Source: an uncultured delta proteobacterium (lineage in GTDB: Bacteria > Myxococcota > Kuafuiibacteriia > Kuafuiibacteriales > Kuafuiibacteriaceae). Taken from it: a stretch of DNA of 64,000 nt. How positions within the stretch are numbered: the stretch's first letter is position 1; the number at the start of each line of letters is the position of its first letter. Positions 1 through 9,604 of the stretch are shown here, piece after piece. The DNA is taken from contig CAWDML010000003.1 in the NCBI GenBank assembly GCA_963803435.1, positions 480,001 through 544,000 on the forward strand, given 5' to 3'. The position numbers were made by a program, and so were the translations under genes. Below the pieces are notes generated by a model. That model saw only the letters and a list, made by a program, of their open reading frames with translations, made no database searches and was not told where the DNA came from.

Positions 1-891
1 CTGGGCGCCGCGGTCGAGAACATGGTCCTGGAGGCCGGGCGTCTGGGACTCGCGGCCGAGGTCGAGCCATTTCCCTCTCCGGGCTCACCGGTGGTGGCGC
101 GGCTCAGGTTCGAGCCGAAGCCCGGCGTCACGCCCGACCCGCTGGCCTCGTTCATCCACACGCGTGCCACGAACCGCCGCCTCGGTCCGCGATGGCCCCT
201 CGAAGACGCCGCGCGCGGCGCGCTGGTGGACGCAGCGGAGCAGGCCTCCGCGACGCTTCACGTTCTCACCGATCCCGTCGCTCTGACCGCGATCGCGGGC
301 GTACTCGGGGCGATGGAGCGCGTCCGCTTCCTCTGCGAGACGCTCCACAGGGAGCTGATCTCGGAGCTGCGCTTCAGCAAGGAGGAGGCGGACCGCTCGG
401 GGGACGGGCTCGACCTCGCCACACTGGAGATGACGCCATCCGATCGCGCCGCGCTGCGCGTGCTGAGGCAGTGGCGGGTGGCGAGCGTCCTCCGGCAGAT
501 CGGGGGCGGCTCCTTCCTGGAGCAGAGCAGCCGGGAGGCCGTCGCGTCCGCCTCCGCAGTGTGTCTGCTGACGCGTCCCGGAGCGGATCTCCCCTCCTAC
601 TTCCTGGGCGGGCGCGCCGTCGAACGGGTCTGGCTGACCGCGACCTCGCTCGGGCTCTTCCTGCAACCGATGTCCGCGAGTATCTACCTGTTCGCCCGGC
701 TCGAGCACGGCGGCGAAGGCTTCTCCCCCGAGGAGCAGGCGGCCATCGGGCGAGAGCGAAGGGCGTTCCTCGAGCTGTTTCCCGTGCCGGCGGGGCACGG
801 AGAGATGCTCCTGTTTCGGGTCGCGCGCACCGATCCGCCCTCGGCTCGCTCGGCCCGCCGTCCGCTCGATCTCTGCTTCCGAGCAGGGTGA
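1..891 (+). CDS. Nitroreductase-like (Acg/Rv1355c-type) domain, C-terminal part of a gene starting before the window, possibly a ThiF-nitroreductase fusion
   Basis: Frame is open from base 1 (LGAAVENM). Motifs RATNRR, GDGLDLATL and GGRAVERVWLTATSLGLFLQPM are typical of Acg/Rv1355c-like FMN nitroreductase domains. Confidence 0.75.
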   Translation: MGAAVENMVLEAGRLGLAAEVEPFPSPGSPVVARLRFEPKPGVTPDPLASFIHTRATNRRLGPRWPLEDAARGALVDAAEQASATLHVLTDPVALTAIAGVLGAMERVRFLCETLHRELISELRFSKEEADRSGDGLDLATLEMTPSDRAALRVLRQWRVASVLRQIGGGSFLEQSSREAVASASAVCLLTRPGADLPSYFLGGRAVERVWLTATSLGLFLQPMSASIYLFARLEHGGEGFSPEEQAAIGRERRAFLELFPVPAGHGEMLLFRVARTDPPSARSARRPLDLCFRAG

Positions 892-907
892 GCCGGAGGT
901 CATCAAC

Positions 908-3421
908 GTGACGCTCACCGAGAACCTCATCGCTCTCTACGTTGGGATCATCGTGATCAACGTCCTCCTCGCCGGCGGCCTCTGGTGGACGCAGCGCGAG
1001 CCGCCGTACCGACGTCTCTTCTATGTCTGGGCCGCCACGCTGATCGCGGGCGGAATGCAGGGACCGTTTCAGGAGGGAGCCCTTCCGATCAGTCTCAGCT
1101 TCACGTTCACCTTCGTGGTGAACCTCGCGCTGGCCTCGCTGGTCGGCGGGCTGGTCTCGGTGGTCTTGCCCTGGCGGATCTATCTGTGGGGCGTTGCGCT
1201 GGGAGTCGCCGCCAGCATCGCCGCCTCGGCCCTCGGTGGATCGTTCTGGATGGTCTCGCTGCCCGTGGCGGCGGCGGTCGCCGCACCGCTCGCCCACACC
1301 TCGATCAAGATCATCCTGCACCGGTGGAGCGAGGTCACCGCGTTCGGCAAGGGCCTGCTCTTCACGTGCCTGGTCTTCTGCGGGCACAACCTCGACTTCC
1401 CCTTTCTTCGCGACAGGGCCGCCTTCGCGCCGCTCGGGTTCACCATCGCGATCCTGATCGAGTTCGCGCTCTCGATCACCGGGATCGCCACGGTGCTCGA
1501 GAGGGTCATCATCGAGCGCGCGTCCCTGCAGAAGACGAGCGAGAGCAAGGACCAATTCTTCGCCAACATCTCCCACGAGCTGCGAACGCCGCTGACCGTG
1601 ATCCTGGCGGCGCTCGAGGATCTGCTGCAGCGGATCTCGGAGACGAACGCCCGCAATCAGCTCGGCATCATGCGCCGGAACGCCGTTCGCCTGCTGCGGC
1701 TGATCGATGATCTCCTCGACCTGACCCGGCTGGACGCCGGCGGCCTGCGTTTGACCATCGCGCCGCTGACCATGCGCGGCCTGCTCTCCAACGTCTTCGA
1801 GACCCAGCAGCCGCTCGCCGAGTCGAAGTCGATCTCGCTGGTGCTGAACGCGCCCAACGAGTCCGAGATCAAGGACCTGTTCGGCGATGCCCATCGCATC
1901 GAGATGATCCTGACCAACCTGGTGGGCAACGCGCTCAAGTACACCGAGAGCGGCGGCACCGTGACGCTGTCGATCGAAGAGCACCGCGACGGCGCCAGCG
2001 TCAACGTTCAGGACACCGGGCCCGGGATCGCGCCCGACGCTCTGCCCAAGATCTTCGACCGCTTCTTCCAGGTCGACGGGAAGGGACGCCGGAGGGTGGG
2101 CGGCGTTGGGTTGGGTCTGAGCCTGGCCAAGGATCTCGCCGAGCTCCACGACGGGCGGCTCATCGTCGAGAGCGAGGTCGGTGTCGGCAGCATCTTCACC
2201 CTGTGGCTCCCGAAGGGGAACGAGCACTTCCGACCCGAGGTCGTCGAGCGCCGTTCACGCTTCGATCCGAACAACCCGCGACGTCGTGGATCGGACACCG
2301 CGGCGGAGCCGGTCGGTCCGTCGCACGAGCCCCCGTTCTCACCGCTCCCGAACACCTACGATCTGCCGCCGATGACCAACCGGGCGCGGGTGCTGGTGGT
2401 CGAGGACCAGGATGATCTGCGCCGCATCATTGTCGAGCTCCTGTCCGAGAAGTACGAGGTGCTCGAGGCCCGCGACGGAGAGGAGGGCATCGCGGCCGTC
2501 AGGTCGGAGCGGCCGGACCTGGTCGTCTCCGACATCATGATGCCGAAGCTCACCGGGACGGAGCTCTGCCGGACCATCAAGCGCGATCCCGACCTACGGC
2601 CCACGCCGGTCATTCTCCTGACGGCCCGCCTCGGCTCCGAGGCGACCCTGGATGCCTACGCGCACGGTGCCAACGACTTCGTGGCCAAGCCGTTTCATCC
2701 TCAGGTGCTGCTGGCTCGCGTCCACGCGCAGCTCATGTTGCGAGCGATGAGCATTCATCTCGCCTCCCAGGAGAAGATGGCGGCGGTCGGTCTCCTGGCG
2801 GCCGGCGTCGCCCACGAGGTCCGAAACCCGCTGAACTTCATCATCAACGCCGCCGAGGTGCTGAGCGGGCTCCCTCTGAGCGCCGAGGATCAGGAGATGC
2901 TCAGGATCGTCGCGGACGGGGGCCGGCGGATCGACGAGATCGTCTCGGCGCTTCAAGCGCACACGCAGCCCTTCGAGAGCACGGCCGCCTCCGTCCCGTG
3001 CAACCCGGTGCAGGGGCTCCGCAGCGCCGTTCGCCTCCTCCGGCACCGGATGAAGGGGCTGACCGTTCACGAGCGGTTCGAGAGCACGCGCGACTCGCAG
3101 GCCGCGTCGGGGGCGATCAACCAGATCTTCCTGAACCTGGTGGACAACGCAGTGCGATCCGGAGCGAAGAACCTGTGGCTCACCGTCGAGGATCGCAAGG
3201 ACCAGCTGATCGTCCGCGTCGAGGACGACGGCCCGGGACTTCCCAGCGAGATGCTCGATTGGGTCTTCGACGCGTTCTTCACCACGCGCGCGCCGGGCGA
3301 GGGGACCGGTCTCGGCCTCTACCTGGCGCGGCGCATGGCCGAGCAGAGCGGGGGTAGCCTTTCGGTACGTCAGCGGCCCGAGGGCGGCGCGAGCTTCGAG
3401 CTGACCCTGCCGGCCAGATAG
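908..3421 (+). CDS. Membrane hybrid sensor histidine kinase (multi-TM, HisKA, HATPase, REC, HisKA, HATPase)
   Basis: About 7 hydrophobic segments, then FFANISHELRTPL, NLVGNALKY and G-boxes. Receiver VLVVEDQDD..DIMMP..KPF. Second H-box GVAHEVRNPL and second HATPase (GEGTGLGL). Confidence 0.93.
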   Translation: MTLTENLIALYVGIIVINVLLAGGLWWTQREPPYRRLFYVWAATLIAGGMQGPFQEGALPISLSFTFTFVVNLALASLVGGLVSVVLPWRIYLWGVALGVAASIAASALGGSFWMVSLPVAAAVAAPLAHTSIKIILHRWSEVTAFGKGLLFTCLVFCGHNLDFPFLRDRAAFAPLGFTIAILIEFALSITGIATVLERVIIERASLQKTSESKDQFFANISHELRTPLTVILAALEDLLQRISETNARNQLGIMRRNAVRLLRLIDDLLDLTRLDAGGLRLTIAPLTMRGLLSNVFETQQPLAESKSISLVLNAPNESEIKDLFGDAHRIEMILTNLVGNALKYTESGGTVTLSIEEHRDGASVNVQDTGPGIAPDALPKIFDRFFQVDGKGRRRVGGVGLGLSLAKDLAELHDGRLIVESEVGVGSIFTLWLPKGNEHFRPEVVERRSRFDPNNPRRRGSDTAAEPVGPSHEPPFSPLPNTYDLPPMTNRARVLVVEDQDDLRRIIVELLSEKYEVLEARDGEEGIAAVRSERPDLVVSDIMMPKLTGTELCRTIKRDPDLRPTPVILLTARLGSEATLDAYAHGANDFVAKPFHPQVLLARVHAQLMLRAMSIHLASQEKMAAVGLLAAGVAHEVRNPLNFIINAAEVLSGLPLSAEDQEMLRIVADGGRRIDEIVSALQAHTQPFESTAASVPCNPVQGLRSAVRLLRHRMKGLTVHERFESTRDSQAASGAINQIFLNLVDNAVRSGAKNLWLTVEDRKDQLIVRVEDDGPGLPSEMLDWVFDAFFTTRAPGEGTGLGLYLARRMAEQSGGSLSVRQRPEGGASFELTLPAR

Positions 3422-3547
3422 GCCCGAGCGACGGATCGCGAGCGTCGAGGGTCGAGGGGACAACTGAACCGCGGCTCAGGGCGCGCGTTCTGACCCTTCG
3501 AGTCCTGCCCCCGGGCGAACGCCCGCGCTTGGGGAAGATCCACCCGG

Positions 3548-3563
3548 TGGCTCGTGCGTTGCA
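3548..3563 (+). promoter_or_regulatory. Candidate sigma54 -24/-12 promoter
   Basis: TGGCTCGTGCGTTGCA matches the TGGCACG-N4-TTGCW consensus with one mismatch and lies directly before the PilZ gene. Confidence 0.6.
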
Positions 3564-3569
3564 CCGGGT

Positions 3570-3929
3570 GTGACCGTCGTGCGTGAGCTCCGCCGAGGCC
3601 CTCGAATCCCGATCCGCACCCTGCTGGTGCGGACGGTTCAGGGAAACCGGCTCGTCCGCGGGGACGTCTCGCTGTACGGCGTGGGATTCGAGCTGACGGC
3701 GCCCTGCTATCTCAGGCCGGGCCACAAGTTCGAGGTCCAGCTCTTCCTCCCGGACCAGATCCTCCGCCTGCGCGCGATCGTGACCCGGATCCTGCGATCG
3801 GAGCCCAGGGCCGTCGGGCGGCTGTTCGTCGGAGCCGAGCTCATCGGGCTCGACGAGCTGGCCGCCAACCCGCTGTATCGGTTCGTGGAGGAGTCAGCGC
3901 TGCTCCGGCGCCCCTTACTTCCGTTATAG
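3570..3929 (+). CDS. Stand-alone PilZ-domain protein (start may be GTG 3579)
   Basis: RRGPR (RxxxR) and DVSLYG (D/NxSxxG) motifs, followed by a beta-rich body. Confidence 0.75.
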   Translation: MTVVRELRRGPRIPIRTLLVRTVQGNRLVRGDVSLYGVGFELTAPCYLRPGHKFEVQLFLPDQILRLRAIVTRILRSEPRAVGRLFVGAELIGLDELAANPLYRFVEESALLRRPLLPL

Positions 3930-3939
3930 TGCGCCCGAC

Positions 3940-6564
3940 ATGCCGCTTTCGTTCGAGCTCAACGGCACCCCACGGACGGTGACGCCGCCGGCCGGGTCCT
4001 CGCTTCTCCAGGTCTTGCGCGAGGATCTCGGCAAGGACCGCGTGATCTCACCCAAGGACGGCTGCGCGCCCCAGGGGCAGTGCGGGTGCTGTCTGGTCCT
4101 GATCGACGGCCAGCCCCGGGTCGCGTGCGCGACGCCCGCGGAGAAGGCAGAGGGGAAGGCGCTCCTGACGCTCGAGGGCGTCTCGCGCGAGGAGAAGGAT
4201 CTGTTCGGCGAGGCCTTCGCGCGGGCCGGCGGTCTCCAGTGCGGCTTCTGCATCCCGGGCATCGTGCTCCGCGCCAAGCACCTGCTCGACGAGAACCCGA
4301 ACCCGACCGATGACGAGCTGCGGAAGAAGCTCGATGTGCACCTGTGCCGCTGTACCGGGTACCAGCGGATCCTGGAGGCGATCCAGCTGGTCGCCCAGGT
4401 GAAGCGCGGCCAGCCGATGCCGCCGGCCGACACCAGCGGCCGCGTCGGCACCAGCCTCGATCGCTACGAGGCCGTGGAGCTGGCGCTGGGGGAGCGACCG
4501 TACGTCGACGACATGTACCTCGACGGCATGCTGTTCGGCGCCGTGCGGCTGTCGGATCACGCCCGCGCGCGCGTGCTCAGGATCGACACCTCCGAGGCCG
4601 AGCGGATGCCGGGCGTCCGAGCGGTGGCGACGTTCCGCGACGTCCCCGGGGAGCGGCGCTACGGCTTGATCGTGCCGGACTGGCCGGGCTTCATCGCCGA
4701 GGGCGAGATCACGCACTGCACCGGGAGCTTCCTGGCGGCGGTGGCCGCGGAGGACATGCGGCAGGCGAGGGCGGCCGCGGCGGCGATCCGGATCGAGTAC
4801 GAGGTGCTGGAGCCGATCGTCGATCCGAAGCAAGCGCTCGCGCCGGACTCGCCGTCGGTGCATCCGACCGGCAACAAGCTGAGCCACTCGAAGATCCGGC
4901 GCGGCGACGTGGACGCGGCGTTCGCCCGCGCGGCGCACGTGGTGACGGAGACCTTCCGCACCCAGCGGATCGAGCACGGCTACCTCGAGCCCGAGTGCGC
5001 GCTCTGCGTTCCACACCCCGATGGCACGCTGGAGCTCTACAGCCAGGGCCAGGGCATCTTCGACGATCAGCGACAGGTCGCCTCGTTCCTGGGCATGCCC
5101 GCCGAGCAGCTCCGGGTCAGGCTGGTCCCGAACGGCGGCGCTTTCGGCGGCAAGGAGGACATGTCCGTCCAGCCGCACGCGTCGCTGCTGGCGCTGATGA
5201 CCGAGCGTCCGGTGAAGGTGACGCTCACGCGCGAGCAGTCGATCCACGTGCACCCGAAGCGCCATCCGATCGAGATGGACTACCAGGTCGCGTGCGACGA
5301 GGCCGGACACCTCCTGGCGGTGCGCGCCCGGATGATCGGCGACAGCGGCGCGTACGCGTCGGTCGGCGCCAAAGTGCTCGAGCGCGCGGGCGGACACGCG
5401 TGCGGGCCGTACCGAGTACCGAACGTCGACGTGGAGGCGGTGGCCGTCTACACGAACAACCCGCCCTGTGGCGCGATGCGCGGCTTCGGCGCCAACCAGG
5501 CGGCATTCGCGATGGAGTCGATGGTCGATCGGCTCGCCGACGCCGTCGGGATGGATCGCTGGGAGTTCCGTTACCTGAACGCGGTCGAGGTGGGCGACGT
5601 CTTCTCCACCGGGCAGATCCTGGAGAAGTCGGTCGGCATCAAGAAGACGCTGATGGCCGTCAAGCCGCACTGGGACGCCGCGCGCAAGGCGAACAAGCCG
5701 GTCGGGATCGGCTGCGGGATCAAGAACAGCGGGATCGGCAACGGCGCCAAGGAGTGGGGCAAGTGCCGGCTGGTCGTCGAGGGCGGCAACATCACGCTCT
5801 ACAACGGCTACACCGAGATGGGGCAGGGGCTGCTGACGATCCTGATCCAGTTCGCCAGCGAGATCACCGGGATCGCGCCGGAGCGGTTCATCGCCAAGGT
5901 CGACACCACGTTCGCGCTGCAGTGCGGTCAGACCACCGGCAGCCGCGCCACGCTCTTCGGTGGCAATGCGGCGATCCTGGCCGCGGAGAAGCTGAAGGCT
6001 GCGCTCGCATCGGCAGGGTCGCTCGAGGCCCTCGAAGGCCGCGTCTTCGAAGGCGACTTTCTCTGCTCCGACACGGTGCCGCTCGGCGCCCCGGTCGACA
6101 ATCCGAAGACGCACACGGCGTTCGGCTATGCGACCCAGCTGGTGATCCTCGACGAGACGACCGGGCAGCTCGAGCGGGTGGTGGCGGCGCACGACGTGGG
6201 GCGGGCGATCAATCCGATCCTGTGCAAAGGCCAGATCGAGGGATCGATCCACATGGGCCTCGGCTACGCGCTCTCCGAGGAGCTGGTCTGTGACGAGGCG
6301 GGCCGGCCGCAGAACATGACGATGCGCGGGATCGGGATCATGCGCGCGCGCCACACGCCGCCGATGGAGGTCATCCTGGTCGAGGAGCACGAGCCCGAGG
6401 GGCCCTTCGGGGCGAAGGGCGTGGGCGAGATCGGCCTGGTCCCGACCGCCGGTGCAGTGCAAGGTGCCTTGCAGATGTTCGACGGCGTGCGTCGGACCGT
6501 GCTGCCGATGAAACAATCGGCCGCCGCCGAGCCCATCGTGGGCCGAAAAAAGAGCAAGGGGTGA
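3940..6564 (+). CDS. xdh: Molybdenum hydroxylase with fused 2x[2Fe-2S] and Mo-binding domains, resembling selenium-dependent xanthine dehydrogenase
   Basis: GCAPQGQCGCC, QCGFCIPG, CRCTGY, GGAFGGKED, GAMRGFG, GIKNSGIGNG, TEMGQG and GAKGVGE motifs. Confidence 0.85.
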   Translation: MPLSFELNGTPRTVTPPAGSSLLQVLREDLGKDRVISPKDGCAPQGQCGCCLVLIDGQPRVACATPAEKAEGKALLTLEGVSREEKDLFGEAFARAGGLQCGFCIPGIVLRAKHLLDENPNPTDDELRKKLDVHLCRCTGYQRILEAIQLVAQVKRGQPMPPADTSGRVGTSLDRYEAVELALGERPYVDDMYLDGMLFGAVRLSDHARARVLRIDTSEAERMPGVRAVATFRDVPGERRYGLIVPDWPGFIAEGEITHCTGSFLAAVAAEDMRQARAAAAAIRIEYEVLEPIVDPKQALAPDSPSVHPTGNKLSHSKIRRGDVDAAFARAAHVVTETFRTQRIEHGYLEPECALCVPHPDGTLELYSQGQGIFDDQRQVASFLGMPAEQLRVRLVPNGGAFGGKEDMSVQPHASLLALMTERPVKVTLTREQSIHVHPKRHPIEMDYQVACDEAGHLLAVRARMIGDSGAYASVGAKVLERAGGHACGPYRVPNVDVEAVAVYTNNPPCGAMRGFGANQAAFAMESMVDRLADAVGMDRWEFRYLNAVEVGDVFSTGQILEKSVGIKKTLMAVKPHWDAARKANKPVGIGCGIKNSGIGNGAKEWGKCRLVVEGGNITLYNGYTEMGQGLLTILIQFASEITGIAPERFIAKVDTTFALQCGQTTGSRATLFGGNAAILAAEKLKAALASAGSLEALEGRVFEGDFLCSDTVPLGAPVDNPKTHTAFGYATQLVILDETTGQLERVVAAHDVGRAINPILCKGQIEGSIHMGLGYALSEELVCDEAGRPQNMTMRGIGIMRARHTPPMEVILVEEHEPEGPFGAKGVGEIGLVPTAGAVQGALQMFDGVRRTVLPMKQSAAAEPIVGRKKSKG

Positions 6565-6644
6565 TGTAGCCCGGCCGTTTTCAGACCGCCCCTCGTCCGT
6601 TCGACCGCTGTCCTTCTCCCGCCGTTCGTGCGGTCATCCAGCCT

Positions 6645-9500
6645 ATGGCCCCGCTCCTCCTCTCCGCGTTCCTGCTGGCCGGTGTCGGCCAGACCGCGGG
6701 GCCCGAGACCGAGGCCCTGGACGCCCGCCTGCGTGCCATCATGGAAGCGCCCGGGCTGACCGTCCGGGAGCTCCGCATCACGCCACGCTCGGTGACGATC
6801 GGGATCGAGCTCCCGGAGCGGACGCCCCTCGACGCGCTACCGGTGGACCTGGAGAACCGAGTCGAGATCGCGGCCGGCGCGGTCAGTGCGCTCCTCCCCT
6901 CGGCCCGCGCGATCCATCTCCTCGTCGCGCACCCGGGCGAGCGCCTCCGGCCGCCTCCGGTGCACGCACCGCTCACGGAGAAGGCGAAGGTGATCCAGAC
7001 CGTGCGCACCGATCCGTCGCGCTTCCCCTTCGGACAGTCGCTCATCGGCAAGACGGTGGCGCTGAGCCCCGGCCATGGCTACGAGTACTACGACGCGCTC
7101 GGCGGGTACTCCACGCAGCGCGGGAACGTCCGGTGGACGGGCTGCGGCGACTGCCGCGGCATCACCGAGGACTTCGAGACGCACGAGATCGTGGTCCGGT
7201 ACCTGGTGCCGCTCCTCGAGGGCGCGGGCGCGCGCGTCGTGCTGGTTCGCGAGCGTGCCTATTCGGACGACCTGGTGGTCGTCGACGACGGCGACCCCGG
7301 CTACCGCGAGTCGAACGGAGCCTTCGCCGCCGGCGTCTCGGAGGGCGGGAACCAGGACGACTACCGCACCGCGTTCGATCCCGGGTCGACCGCCGAGTGG
7401 ACGCTCACCGCTCAGCAGCCGGGGAAGCAGCTGCTCTCGCTGTGGTTCGTCGCCGGGACGAACCGCCTGACGGACGCCGAGCTCGAGGTGGACGTCCCGG
7501 GCAGCCAGCACCGGTACAGCGTCGATCTCACGGGTTGGGGACGGCGCTGGACGCCGATCGAGCTCTTCGATCTCTCGCCGGGCGACGTGGTGTCGGCCCG
7601 CCTCTCGGCGCCGCTCGCCGGTGCGGGCGATCGCGCGCTGATCGCCGACGCGGTGCGGCTGGGCGCCGGGAAGCACACCACCAATCATCCCTGGTGGCAG
7701 ATGAGCGCGCAGGACTTCGCGGCTTATCAGAACGCGCCGCCCGCAGTGCAGGCCTACAACGACGTCACGATCCGCCCGCGCTACTCCGAGTTCTACGGTG
7801 CGGACATCTACGTCGCCGTCCACAGCAACGCGTCGGGCATCGCCGACAGCACCGCCGCCGGGACGGCCACCTACCGCTACAACTGCGGCCTCTACGCCGA
7901 TCACTCGAACGATCCGCCGCCCGCAGACTGCGACGATCCGATCGGCAGCGACAGCCTCCAGGCCCTCGTGCATCAGTCGTTGATCGACGCCCTGCGCACG
8001 GACTGGGATCCCGCCTGGGTCAATCGCGGGACGCTGGTCGCCAACTTCGGAGAGGTGCGCGAGCTCGACGGGATCCCGGGCATCCTCATCGAGACGGCCT
8101 TCCACGACAACGTCCGGCTGGCGGCGGGCAGCGCGCTGCGCGTGACCGACAACCAATCGCTCCACGATCCGCGCTGGCGGCGCACCGCGGCCTTCGGGAT
8201 CTATCGCGGGATCAGCGAGTACCTGGTCGGGCAGGGTCCGCTGGTGGCACCCCCGCCGGAGGCGCTCTCGCTCCGCCACCTCGATCGCACGTCGGTCGCG
8301 CTCGCGTTCGAGCCGGTTCCCGGGGCCAGCGGCTACCGGGTCTACGTGGCCCAGGGCAACCGCACGTTCGACCAGGGCCGGCTCACCACCACCTCGACGA
8401 TCGTCCTCGACGACCTCCTCGAGGACACGGCGATCGCGGTGAAGGTGGCCTCGCTCGATGCGGCCGGTGAAGGGCGATCGAGCGCCGTGGTGGTGGCGCG
8501 GACGTCCGGGCGTCCGGCGCAAGCGCTGATCGTGGACGCCTTCCAGCGCGAGGATGCCTGGGTGCAGGAGTACGACAATCAGCACGACACGGCGCTCGCC
8601 TACGGTCTGGCCGCCGGCGGTACCGCGTACGCATTCGACGGCGCCAACGAGCGCGCGCTCGCGTCGGGGCTGATCGATCTTGCCGGCTACGATGCGATCA
8701 TCTTGGCCCTCGGCCGCGAGTCGACCGAGCACGGCGTGCTCACGCCCGATCTTCGGGACCGGATCGCCGCGTTCGCCCAGGCGGGCGGCGCGGTGTTCGC
8801 CTCGGGGAGCGAGATCGCCTACGCCCTCGATCTGCGCGGCGACGACCCGAGCCGGGCCTTCCTCGAGGACGTGTTCGGCGCCGGCTTCGGAGCGGACGAC
8901 GCCGGGGCCGCCGCAATCGGTGGCGCGCCGGGAGCCTGGCTGGAGCCGATCACCTCGGCGCTGGTGTCGGTGTCGAGCGCTGGGATGCTCGAGGCCCGCT
9001 CGTCGGACGTGCTCGCGGCGAGCAGCGGCTCGGTCGAGCTCCTCTATGCAGGTGGCGCCGGCGCCGCCGCGGTGCGCAGGGACCACAGCCTACTGATGGG
9101 CGTAGCGCTCGACAGCGTCGCCGATCTTCCCACCCGCACCGCGATCCTCGGCGGCTGGCTCGAGAACGCGGTGGTGCTCGCGCCCGAGGATCTCGAGCCG
9201 CCCCCCGATGCCGGCGTCCCGCCCGATGGCGGCGCCCCTGGGCCGGACGCGAGCGACGAGGTCGACGGGGGCACCAAGACGCTCCCGGACGCCGCTTTCG
9301 TCCCAGATGCGTCCGACGCCCTCGACGCCGCGTCGCCCGCCGACGGATCGCTCGACATCTCCAACCCTGTGGCGGGCGGGTGCGGGTGCAGCGCCGCGCC
9401 GGAGCCTCGCGTCACGGGTCCGCTCCCCCTGGTCGGTCTGCTCCTCGGCCTGATCGCCGCACGACTGGGGTCGCGGAGACGGCGAAGGGCCGCGATGTAA
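6645..9500 (+). CDS. Secreted N-acetylmuramoyl-L-alanine amidase (Amidase_3) with CBM/golvesin-like insert, FN3 domain and MYXO-CTERM anchor
   Basis: Signal peptide. Zn ligands in SPGHG, TED, VHSNA and LIETAFH. FN3-like PVPGASGYRVY. Pro/Asp linker, then GGCGCS, a TM helix and RRRRR. Confidence 0.82.
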   Translation: MAPLLLSAFLLAGVGQTAGPETEALDARLRAIMEAPGLTVRELRITPRSVTIGIELPERTPLDALPVDLENRVEIAAGAVSALLPSARAIHLLVAHPGERLRPPPVHAPLTEKAKVIQTVRTDPSRFPFGQSLIGKTVALSPGHGYEYYDALGGYSTQRGNVRWTGCGDCRGITEDFETHEIVVRYLVPLLEGAGARVVLVRERAYSDDLVVVDDGDPGYRESNGAFAAGVSEGGNQDDYRTAFDPGSTAEWTLTAQQPGKQLLSLWFVAGTNRLTDAELEVDVPGSQHRYSVDLTGWGRRWTPIELFDLSPGDVVSARLSAPLAGAGDRALIADAVRLGAGKHTTNHPWWQMSAQDFAAYQNAPPAVQAYNDVTIRPRYSEFYGADIYVAVHSNASGIADSTAAGTATYRYNCGLYADHSNDPPPADCDDPIGSDSLQALVHQSLIDALRTDWDPAWVNRGTLVANFGEVRELDGIPGILIETAFHDNVRLAAGSALRVTDNQSLHDPRWRRTAAFGIYRGISEYLVGQGPLVAPPPEALSLRHLDRTSVALAFEPVPGASGYRVYVAQGNRTFDQGRLTTTSTIVLDDLLEDTAIAVKVASLDAAGEGRSSAVVVARTSGRPAQALIVDAFQREDAWVQEYDNQHDTALAYGLAAGGTAYAFDGANERALASGLIDLAGYDAIILALGRESTEHGVLTPDLRDRIAAFAQAGGAVFASGSEIAYALDLRGDDPSRAFLEDVFGAGFGADDAGAAAIGGAPGAWLEPITSALVSVSSAGMLEARSSDVLAASSGSVELLYAGGAGAAAVRRDHSLLMGVALDSVADLPTRTAILGGWLENAVVLAPEDLEPPPDAGVPPDGGAPGPDASDEVDGGTKTLPDAAFVPDASDALDAASPADGSLDISNPVAGGCGCSAAPEPRVTGPLPLVGLLLGLIAARLGSRRRRRAAM

Positions 9501-9560
9501 CCCCTCTGTGAGTGCGGTCCGCACTTCCGCGCGGGTCCGGTCGGAGTGATCGGAGACGCT

Positions 9561-9589
9561 TTGGATCGATCGATTTTCCTGGATAACAT
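9561..9589 (+). promoter_or_regulatory. Candidate sigma70 promoter for the sigma54-activator gene
   Basis: TTGGAT-N17-TAACAT in an AT-richer intergenic patch 15 nt before ATG 9605. Palindrome AGTGCGG-T-CCGCACT at 9511-9525 lies upstream. Confidence 0.45.
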
Positions 9590-9604
9590 TCTCTTCTCCG
9601 GAAC

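Noticed and set aside
3455-3520. tRNA-like TTCGAGTCC T-loop next to a Se-type hydroxylase gene
   Set aside because: No pairing T-stem, anticodon arm or acceptor stem could be built.
3940-6564. Selenocysteine recoding in xdh
   Set aside because: The ORF has no internal in-frame TGA.
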